Shown here piece by piece: positions 40,901-52,900 of a DNA stretch of 64,000 bases (position 1 is its first letter; every line of letters begins with the position of its first letter). The notes beneath the pieces were generated by a model. That model was given only the letters and a program-made list of their open reading frames with translations. It was not told the origin of the DNA and ran no database searches. The DNA lies in NCBI GenBank assembly GCA_030390025.1, contig CM059435.1, positions 23,746,001 through 23,810,000 of the forward strand, written 5' to 3'. This DNA comes from Squalus acanthias. Taxonomy: Eukaryota. Both the position numbers and the translations under genes were made by a program.

Positions 40901-43900
40901 TATTAAATGCCTCCTGGAACTCTATATAGACAACACCCATAGAACACTCCCCTGTCCACCTGGTTAGTGACCTCAAAAAGTTCAACTAGATTATTCAGAC
41001 ACGAGCTGATTCAATGTGGAATGTGACACAACTAGTGCTGTCCTACAGATTTTTTCCTCCACGCTTCTTCAACCAGCTGCAACTCTAGGCCACTGCAGAG
41101 TAGTGAGGGAAGCCAAACACATCTGAAAGACTTCTTCACAATGAATTTTCTCATGACAGATACCATTGCTGCACTCAGCACAGGCCATGCAATTCCAGAA
41201 ACTGAATTATCTGAAGAAAATGCAAGCACTCCTTATGGGTATCGGCAATGAGGAAGAATCCATGGCAAGGTCAGTTTTCAAGCCAGCTGCCCATTTAGCA
41301 ATTAAAGTTGAAGATGAACCAACCTACCAGTCAACTATCAACATGAAAATTAGAGAACATGTTCAGAACCTGAAAGCTGATGTCAATAGTTTTCCCTTAC
41401 CGTGTTGATAGTAGAACTGTTAAAGATGGCAGAAAAGAAAACTTGGATCCACTTTTGGAACAAAGGATGTTATGTGCACATGCCTCTAGATTGGGGGAGG
41501 GGGAAGAGGAGAAGAGAGAACACAATTGTCTGGTGCTTGTATGATACCAGAGGCTGATCCAATGGTTGCGTCCCAATTTGCATGATAATCTGTTAATTTT
41601 GTACAGGGAGACTGAATAAGGAGGAAAATTATCTAGTGCTTGAAATTCAGCATATTGAAAAATCATATTCTTTTCAGTTAACATACCCCATGAACATGAA
41701 GAGGAAACAAGCAGTTGTCATCAGCGCCCCTCTGCTGGATGGTGATAGCATTCCCAACATGGCAACAACTGAAAATGAATGCATTTGCAACATTAGAAAA
41801 AGCTCCGAAAATCCCAGCTGATCATATTTTGAAGGAAGAGATATGATGGCAAATACTCACTGATTACAATTAGGATCATGCAGAATAATTGGATCCCAGA
41901 TCCTAAGAGAGAGCTCAGAATCATGGGATACTGAGGTGGCCTGAACACATCACCATGGACCAGTTTCCAACCAGATTCTTCCATTGTGTCTTCCTACAAG
42001 CACCAAATTTAAAGTCCCGTGAGGATGAATCTTAGATTAAAAATGTCATTTTGCACATTATTTTCACTCCACTTTGGCCAATACATAACACAAGTTCATC
42101 AAGAAAGCAGGTAGGCAACCATTTCCCCGTCACCTAAATAAAAGAGCCAGAATAGCAGCAGGTGTTAATTTCTATTTAAATTTTCTATTGAATTTTAGGA
42201 AACGTTGTCATTTTCCTGGTTTCCCATGTGAATCTCATCCAATGTTTGTTCTTTCTGCTCTACTTTGTTGATAATTTTTGTACTCAATGGGGCAGTGCTA
42301 AAAATAGAACACTTCCACTTTTGTATCATGCAATGTAGCAGCCCAAGATCAAGTACATTGTACAGTAACGGTCTCTCTACTCAGATGTACCTTAATTCCA
42401 ACTTTGGGGCCATAAGAATGTGTTCGTGCATGGTGCTTTCTCGTTCTTTTCCCGCATACCAGCCTTCCTCTGGCATCTCAGTAAAACTGGAAATTTGGCG
42501 CAAATTATGGGTAGTTTTGTGCTGTGAAAACATGTCCACTAGCAACTAGGATGACACTGCCCAAACCTATTTCACGTGAAGGATTATTATAACCAGAGGG
42601 GAAACATTCATCCCATGTGTCTCAGCTGGGTTCAAACCCAGGTCCTAAAAGTAAACGATCACGGTGTGAACTTGCTAAATCCAGATACTTGATTTTCTCT
42701 TTACAGCACAAATGGAAGATGTGACAATGCGAGACAGACTGAGAAAGAGTAAAAAACACATAAAAAACAGAAAATAAGAGAAACCAAGAACAAAAACAGA
42801 GTTAACGTTTTAGGTTGATGATGAAACGTTAACTCTGTTTCTCTCTCCACAGATGCTGCCTGACCTGCTGAGCGTTTCCGGCATTTTCTGTTTTTATTTG
42901 GCGATCTAATGTTACACCATGTAAAGTGCTTCCCCTGATCAACTTTTAATACCAGCAAACCCACCCCCCCCCCCCTCCAAAATTCAAACCATTGTTTGTT
43001 TTAGTAGGTTTGAGTTAATTTTGCACTAGTAAAGCTAGTTAATCTCGAGGCATTGCTCATGGATAGTTTGAGAGCTGGAAGTGCAATTCTCTGTCTACAG
43101 AGTTGCTACTTTATCTTGAAGCAGTCTTGCAGCTGTCACCCAATAGCTTAGCTTAGATGGTGAATAACCCTTAAATAGTTATGGACAATGATTTAATTTG
43201 TCAGAGGATCAATTTTCTTTTAATTGTTGGGCACTTTATAATTATATAATCTGTTCTGGAATGGAACTTAAAATAGTTCTCAGGAAAAAAATTAGGTTAG
43301 TCATTCCCATTATCTGCTGAAGAAATCATGACAGCAAAAACAAATCACAGCACTCTGCTTTCAAAGCAGGTTTCCCCATTCAGTTTGGCATATTACAATG
43401 GACCAGATTAAAACTCAAGAAATATACAGCACATGCTCAAAGCACAGTAGGACATACAGGGTTTGTGAAGGCACTGAGGGACATTCTGGTCACACTTGCA
43501 AGGCAACCCAAAAAATATCATGACTGAAGGCCCAGGTAAATAATCCAAGTTTTGGGAAGAGTAAGGCAGAAAGTTATTTTAGTTACTAGAAAATGGGATG
43601 GGTGAATTTATTGCTTAATTTTGTTTTTTTACTTTCAGAACGGTTAATATAATGTAGGTGTTTGTTATAAAGTTTACTTGTATGGGCATATAGTTGGAGG
43701 TGGAAGAGTTTGAGGAACAACATGGATGCTGAAATGACTTGCAATAATTGTATCAGAGGCAGTGCCTGTTTGTGTTTTTAATTGGTTAAGGAATGTAAGC
43801 CAGTTGGACTACTTTGAGCCTTAAATACTTTTTTTGCTCTACAGGGATGGGCAATAAATGCTGGCCTTGCCAGCGACGCCCAGATCCCATAAGCAAATTT

Positions 43901-46900
43901 TAAAAAATGCAGTGTACCAGATGGAAAACTTTTATATAAATGTGTAAGTTGTTTCCCCACCCCACCCCCCCACCCGCCCCCAAGAGTGTGGTGTGCAAGC
44001 TGAATATTTAAACCAGTTGTCGCAGGAAGACAGGATTTTCCCTGGAACTGCCAGCAACTCAAGTGTGTAATACCCTCCTTATTTCCAAGTCAGATTCTGC
44101 TTTAGATCACTGGTCAAAATACATACAATGTCATCTTCTCGGTTATAGTTCGCAATGTCCTTCCTGAGAGTTCGAATGATTATCATGCTGAGAATTCCTG
44201 AGAAAGGAAGAAAAGAAAGTTTAAAAATCAGGCTTTCAAAGATGAAAGTTGAATGTCAACATTTTCAGATTGTTGGGGCATGGGCTCGAATTTCAGCTCA
44301 GCCATCAGTCAAGAGGTGGAAAACTGTTTTCCCTCAAGAGTGTGTGGAAAAATTACACAGGGTTTTTTCAAATGATTAACTGCAAGACTTGTGTTCTGAA
44401 AAATTCCTTTAAGTAATACCCCATTAAAGATACGCATTTCTGAGCAGGATGGAGGGAATGCATCACAAAATAAACCACTTAATTTTCCTGTTGCTGCCAA
44501 GGATTCAAGACACTAGTACTACACTTGTGTAGTGAAAAATCATAGTGTCATTTTCCACTGAAGATGAGAAATTCCATTTCTAAGTAGTTCTCTAGTAGCA
44601 GCCTAGTTACGACCTAACAATCTAGACATAAATAAAAACAGAAAATGCTGGAAATACTCAGTAGGTCAGGCAGCATCTGGGGAGAGAGAAACAGAGTTAA
44701 CGTTTCAGGTTGATGACCTTTCGTCAGAACTGGAAAAAGTTAGAGATGTAACAGATTTTAAGCAGGTGCAGAGGGAGGGGAGGAAAGAACAAAGGGGAAG
44801 GTCTGTGATAGGGTGGAAGGCAGGAATGATTAAATGACAAAAGATATGATAGTACAAAGCAAAAGGAGATGGTAATGGGACAAGTAAAGAAACAAAAGAG
44901 GAGTCTAGAAGAGGTGTAAATGGGTATAGCAGAATCATCAACAGCTGCCATCTGAAAAAAATAGGGGCAGAGGTTATGGTCTGGACATAAGCAGTTGGCA
45001 GATTCAGCGTCATAGTCAGCCCTAAGACAAGCTTGGATTGTGATAGAAAGATTACATAGTTTGTATGTCTTTTTTCATTTTTCAAATGCTATGTATTCTT
45101 TACACATTACAGGAATAAATCCCAACTTGATTGGTTCTGGGGAAACCATGAGCATTTAAATATTTAATTGTGTACACACACACACAACAGCTATTTGGGG
45201 TGTTACTGAGAACTCTACCGAGAGTCCCCATCACAGGGCAATTTTCTTTAATTAATTGGGTGTGTTCTGCAGTTGGCTTATGTAATATTTGGTACCAAAT
45301 TGCTGAAGCGCTCTGAACACCAACTGCTGTTAACAAGACCCTACAGTAGCTCAGCATTGATGCACCTCCCGGTCCCAAAAGGGGGCAACAGGTTTGTGGC
45401 ATTGGTTGGTGCCAGAAGGTCCTTGGTACCAATTGGTGCAGATAAGGGTTTGACAATGGGCAATTTTAAATAGCTGGAGATCAGCAACTTCCAACTAAAG
45501 TCTTCTCAATGTTTCCCTCAATTATATGGGATATACAGTTCTAGGTCTATTTGGAGAACCCACAACAAACATCAGGCAACGGTGGCATTTCACTGACAAG
45601 CATTTGCTGTATTTATTGTGCCCATCTTCAGATGTGAATAGGCTATTGCATTTTGCATAGTATTTGAAACTGCTTTCAAAAATTGGTGTCAGCATTATGT
45701 TAGGACCAATGTCCTAACTATTGAAATCCTATATTGCTGTGGTCAGAGTAGATAGCTGGACTACATCTACTAGAGTTGAGTGGAGGCACACACACTGTGC
45801 TGTTTGTTTTGCCTACTTCACGCCATCTTTGACATGGCTGCCTCGAGAGTGTGTAGTTGGTTGATGTTTGTTGCTTTATGACCTGAACTGACCCCAGCAC
45901 AGCTGGTTTCTGAGCCTTTCGGGAGGCTACATCGTGTTAATTGAAATTCATCTTGGAGGTTTGCCAGCATTGGCACCATGATTTTCCTGGGAAAAACCTT
46001 GAAAAAGAACAGACTGACCAGTTGAAAACAGAATACACTTCTAAGATTACATGGACTATCTAATCTAAAATACTCCGGAGGAGGAAGTTGGAGCATTTTC
46101 CCAATACTTCATTGCGAAATGTATTGCACAAGCACAACTTTTAGCTTGGGAAAAGATGAACTGGCACAATGGCACAGATCCTGGGTTTTATTAAATTAAG
46201 TGTAGAAGACATGTGTGGCATACCTATCCGGTATGCCATGACATTTTTATGCATGTTAGGTATGTAGTTTCTCCAGAACCAATTAACTTAGCTGCATTTT
46301 GTAAAAGCAGAGGCTAAGATACATAATGAAGAAGGAAGTGGTGTCTTAACTGCCATATAGACAGCTGGCTCATATTACATATAATTATACAGAATGTGCA
46401 GCACATAAACAGGCTATTCGTCCCAACTGGTCCATGCTGGTGTTTATGCTCCACACCAGCCTCCTCCCATCCCTCTTCATCTAACTCTTATCAGCATAAC
46501 CTTCTATTCCTTTCTCCCTCATGTGTTTATCTAGCTTCCTCTTAAATGCATCTATGCTAGCCACCTCAACTACTCGTTGTATTAGCGAGTTCCATATTCT
46601 AACCACTCTCTGGATAAAGAAGTTTCTCCTGAATTATTAGTGACTATCTTATATTTATGGCCCCTAGTTTTGGTCTCCTCCACAAGTGGAAACAGCCTCT
46701 CTACATCTACCCTATCAAACTCTTTCATAATCTTAAATAGTTCTGAATGAAAAGTGTAACAATAATCAACTCACCAGATAAGAAGAAAACTACAACCACC
46801 GAATTCACAATTGAGAACCAGTGAATCTGTACATCACTCATGGTTAAGTAGGTGTCCCAGCGAGATGCCCATTTAACAAGACTGCCCTAGAAATACAAAA

Positions 46901-49900
46901 TACAGACAATTCTGCATAACATTTTACATTACAGGAAACTCTTTATTAACCGGCACCGACGGGACCGGCGTGGTGCTGGTTAATCAAAAAGTCCGGATAA
47001 TGGAGAGTTATATCTCCCAACGTACGAGAGCCCCGTACACACTGACATGCGCCTGCATTCGGAGCTCCGTCTCCCCGGGGACCGCCAGCTGACCATCTGT
47101 CGTGTCTGCTGCCTACCCGGGCTGCACATTCCCCTCCCAATCTACACGCTCCGATACAAGGCAAACGTCTCGGGGATTTTTTTAAAGTTAATTTTAAACG
47201 AGAGATGAAGGAAAACCCCGGTTACCTACTCAAGAATTTTGCCGGTTAAGAGAGATTTCCGGATATTTGGGTGCCGGTTAATAAAGAGTTTCCTGTATAT
47301 ACATATGCTCCGTAAATAATTTGGCACTGAATAGTTTCATGTTGTAGTAGTTTAATTGCAGTCTGAACAAACTTTTACAATAACCTGAAGCCAGAGTAGC
47401 AATACAGAAGTCAACTGTAAACCTTCAGGTCACTTCGACATACTAGGTGTTCATATGCACAAACAAAATCAGATGCTATTTTCTGGTGCACAATCCAAAA
47501 AATGATAGACTATTAGTGCATAGCTTTGGGGTTCATGTCCCTCAGATTCAGAGATACACACTTTCACTCCACAAAATCTCTAAAACTGCAATATTTGAGT
47601 TGAGTGCACCCATCAGCACTGAATGAGCTCAGTCAGCAAACACAGATGCTCTAGAATTGACTCATGTAGGGTTCCATACAGACACTTTGATATCTGACAT
47701 TATGCTTACCTCCCAACGGACAGAGTAAGTGAAAAGCACATCATTTTCTTTGTTGGGATCAATTTCCTGGGGAAGAGAGCCTGCGGCCTCGGGCAGGATG
47801 CAATTTCCTTTCTCATCAGCTTTCAGATCTGGGATAAAAGGTAAAATGACAATTCAATAAACAGTTTTATAACAGCCAAATATTTATTGGGCTCAAACAT
47901 AATTTTTGGAATATTTACTCATTAAGTAATGAGAAAAGTATTTCTTTAGTTCAGAAAAATGCTAACTGTACAGACTGAATTTGTTATCACAATATGGTTA
48001 AGAAGCCACCTGTAATTTATCACTTACCCAAATTCTGTGAACAAGCGAGCCTTAGTATTGTGCCCATTTTTTCTGGTTTAACTTTCCCCTCCAGAATAGC
48101 TTGTTATTAAAAATGTTTGCTAATCTTTTTTTTAAAAAAAAGGGGAATTCACCTTTCCAATATTATTAACTGACCTAAAATGTATTATGCTGGGGGTGGG
48201 GAAAGAAAGGTAGTTCTTAGTCAAACTGAGCACCATACAAACAAATACAATCTGAAGGAAAGAAAGGAAAATAAAAATTGCAGGTACTGCTGCCAAGTAT
48301 ATAAATGCAGCAACCATTATTGGCCACAGTAAGATCCCACAACAGCAATTAATCTGGGTTTTCTTTGGTGGCCTTGACCGAGGGAGAAATATTGGCCAGG
48401 ACATTAAGAGAACACTAAAGTAATTGGCAGAAGGATCAGAGGGGAGTTGAGGAGAACATTTTTCACCCAGAGGGTGGTAGGGGTCTGGAACTCACTGCCT
48501 GAAAGGGTGGTAGAGGCAGAAATGCTCATCACATTTAAAAATAATTTGGATATGTACTTGGAGGTGCCGTAACCTAAAAGGCTGCAGACTAAGAGCTGGA
48601 AAGTGGGATTAGGCTGGATAGCTCTTTTTCAGCCGACACAGACACGATGGGTCGAATGGCCTCCTTCTCTGCTGTAAATTTCTATGATTCTATGAACTCC
48701 CTGCTCTTCAAATAATGCAATGGATCTTTAACATCCACCTGAACTAGCGGACGAGGTCTTGTTTTAACATCTCATCTAAAGGACAGCACCTCCAACAGTA
48801 CAGTACTCACTCACTACTGCACTGAAGTACCAGCCTAAATTAGAATTACCACCCCAAGATCTTGTTTTTCAATTTAATGTCTAATTCATTAACCTTCCTC
48901 TGCAATACCTCAAACAAACCGCTATCTATGTCACTGGTTCCAACATGAACCACAACCCGAGCTGCTCTTCATCCCCTTTCAGATGTTTATCCACCCAGAT
49001 ACCAGGGAGGCAAAAAAAAGTGTCTATACCCTGCCTATAGAATCTGCCTTTACCACCACTATTCTCATAGTTGATCGATCTCCAAGTAGTCCCTTGCTCC
49101 ATGGTGCCAAAATGAAACTCAAGACCATCCTCCTCTGTCAGCTCATACTTCCCCAACACTATGTATCTAATGCACAGTTCCAGTACCTTAGTGGTTCTCT
49201 GCACCTGCGAGTCTTGTCTCCTTCTGTTGTCCCTGCAAATGGTCACCCACTTCTCTCTACACGATCCCTGTATCCTGAACTGTCTAGCACTGTGTCATGG
49301 CTAACGATCCAGAAACCCCTCATCCTCTCTGATGCGATGGTGTGCAGCCAATTATTGCTTCAGCAGAGTTTCTCTGCTCCACAGACTCAGTTTTCAAACA
49401 CTTAGTGCCAATGTGCTGCTGCTGGATACATTGAGGATCTACGCTGACCCACAAATCGCACTCCACACAAATCATGAGGATTGCCTGCATTGCCATACCT
49501 GCAGGTCTAACTTAAAAACAGCTAGGGTTCGCCTGAACTTCCATTAGCGCTAAATTAGTGCAAGAATCAAACTCCACGTACTCACTTCACACAAGTATTA
49601 GTTATAGAAATTAGCCTCCTGTCCAACTGCAACTGCACGACAGTGTTGAACTCCCACTGAAGCTAAACTCGACACTCTTTTAGCCTTTCACACTCCACTG
49701 GCCTCTTTCAGTTTGAACCTTTAGGACTCTTTATGAAGCCTGAAAGGAAAAGTGAGCTGACAACAGAAACAATGGGGACCTTTTTTAAAAAGAAAATGGG
49801 GACTACAGAGCGATTGAATGGATTGAATTACTGTACTGCATCAACATAGATCACAAACATATTATATGTCCACAAGAATTATTTGCGTAGTCCCCAACAT

Positions 49901-52900
49901 TGTTTTTTCACATCACTGAAAACAATCGATATAAAGCACATGTACAGGAACTGTTAGAGGGATCCAACCTGCTAACTTTGCTCAAAAAGCAAAGCATCCT
50001 TCAGTCACAACAAAGGACTAGCAATAGAGCAAATCGACATTACCATGGAACCAGAAATTTGAACTACGTTCTTTTTTCAAAGTTCAATACAATTGTTTGC
50101 CACATGACAGCCTATTGAAAATGGAATGCAGCAAAATAAGCACAACATAGGACCAATGACATTACTGTTAACTACAATGTAGAGGTTACCATAAGAACAT
50201 CCCAAGACAAGATTTTTTTTAAGCAGAGTTTACTGCTTTATACACGAGTCTATACACATGTATAACAGACACAAACCATAGTTTTGATAATGCAAGTTTA
50301 CAGTATGCTTTGCATTTATTTCTCCATCTTTGTAGTTGTTTGTCTACGAATAGATTCTTACATGCAAGTATGCTCAAATTATATCCAGAGATAATGCCAT
50401 TACCTTCATACTTAACACTTTGTGGTACAACTTCAAAGCGCACAACTCTGAAGGTAGGTTCCTGCTCTTTCTCTATTTCTTCCTTGTGATAATAGACAAT
50501 GAAGGAGAGATGGTTGTGGAGGTAGAACTGAAAAATAAGAATATGTTAAGTTCCCAATATATGCAAGAGAAGTGTAAGCTTGAGATAAAATATTAGGTAT
50601 GCCTGTTCTCTCACTTGTATTAACCTGTACTACACCTGCGCCTATGTGTATACACACACACACACACACACACACAAAAAGACAACTGCATTCACAATAC
50701 AGATATAACAGCAGGTAATTACAAAGTTTAATTTATATGTGGCATAGTCTCTATACTGGATAAGTCTAAAATATTAACCTGGAGATGGTGAGTATGATAG
50801 CTCATATTTGCCACTCTCAAAATGAGAATATAGATGAGAATAACACATTGGTGTTTATTTTGTTACTGCAATGCAAATAGCATAATTAATTTCTGCCTTG
50901 TAAATAACCAGAGTGTGGAATTACAGTGAGCGATGCAATCATGCGATCACTTATGCATCTGTATAAAATTCCTCATTACTTTGACAACAGACAACACATT
51001 TAGCTGGAGAAAGAAACTCGATACATGCATATTAAGCATTTGTATGATAAAATCACTAATTTCTAGACTCAAATCTCCACAAAATTCTATTCACCCGTCA
51101 CCAGCATTCATTTATTAGCAATTTATAAGTGAAATACTTCAAAGCTTCTACTGCAATTTTAAAAATGTTTAATTGCAATGGAAGATTATCTGAAAAGGCA
51201 AATATACAGGTATGGGGGAACTTCCATTTTAAAGCATCCTTTAACAAAGCATGCTTAGGGAATTGTTTAGTATTTTAAGTTTATTTTTCATGTTTCAACA
51301 CTCAGGACAAAGTCATTCATCTGACATTAACTACAGAACTCACTAGCATGCAGCTTCAGAAAAATAGCATTGTTTGCTATTTTTTCCTCATACTGGGCGC
51401 CTATCTAGAAACAATCAACTGAGAAATTTTAGTACTGGTCAAATCACAGTAATAGATACAAGGTTAGTTCTTTGTTCATTCAACGGGCCAAATGTCCAAT
51501 TTCATTTCTATATATATATATATATATTTCAGGTTATTAGTGCAGTTAATCAACTTGCTCTGGAAGTCTGCCCGGTTAGTTTTACCTTGTTGTTGTCGAT
51601 AAATCCCAGTCTGTAACCGTGCTCATACTGTACTTCCTTTTCTTTCTTTTTGTCATTGTCATCATGGTTTGGGTAAAATTCTAACCGTGTTGCGACAGGC
51701 AGGTTATCTGCAATTCTGTAACAGAGTTATTCATATACTGAGGAGAAAAGGAATGCCTCAAACTTTACATTCAAAAGATCATAGAAATTACAGCCTCAAT
51801 AGCTGTGTGGTAAAGTATTCCATGTTCTAATAACCTCTGAAAAAAGTATCTTCTGACTTCTCCCTTTGTTCTTCTAACCATATTCCTGAGTCTATGCCTC
51901 CTGGTCACTGGTCACCAAACAGTGGAAATACTCTGTTGATCCATTCAAAACTTTTCCTAATTTTGAAAACCTGTTAGATTTGTCCGCTTGGCCTTCTCTG
52001 TTCCAGTGACAAAAGCCTCCATTTCTTGAGGCTTTTTTCATAACTATAACCTCTCATTCCTGCTATCATTCTAGTGAATTTTTGCTGAACTGACAGTATA
52101 GTGCTGTTTGTCCAATTCTCGTCCCCTTCAAGTGCAGCTGCTGCTGGGAGCTTGGGGTTGGTGAATTTACCCTGATGCGTTAGCTTCAAGTACTCCTTGG
52201 TCATGCATAATACAGCAAGTATAAAGCTCTCTACTCTATCGCAACAATGCATTAAACTGCAATCTTAGGTGAGCAACAGCTACAGGACAAGTATGATTTT
52301 TTTCTATTTTCACACCAGCTATCCTTATGGCTTCTCCATGGGACTGCCAACTTAGTGCTCAAGTGCAGGTTATTTTGCACTGGGTATTCATGCCTACTTG
52401 GAACTGGGTTGGTGCAAATACATTTCAGGTAGAGCCTGTGCAGCCAGGAGAAGGAGAGATGTTTCATCCCAAGTTCTCCGAGGATACCTTCTTAAGCATT
52501 TACTAGCAGACTACAGATGAGTTTTGTTAATATTTATCAAAGCTAGAAGGTATGTATTCAGTTGTTATTTTTGTTCCTACATGGTGAAGGCCTAAGAAAA
52601 ATACCCCAAACTAGATACAAATCAGCCAATAATTATGTATTCATTCTCTATATCTTTGTAACAGTCAATGATGGTTTTATTGTCAAAGTAGCTACTGGCC
52701 TGGCAAATATTTATCCCTCAAATCAACACCATTAAAACAGATTATTTGGTCAGTATCACATTGCTGTTTGTTTGAACTTGCTGTGCGCAAATTGGCTGCT
52801 GCGTTTTCTACATTACAACAGTGACTACTCTTCAAAAGTACTTCATTGGCTGTACAGCTCTTTCTGACGCCCCGAGGTCATGAAAGGCGTGATAAAAATG

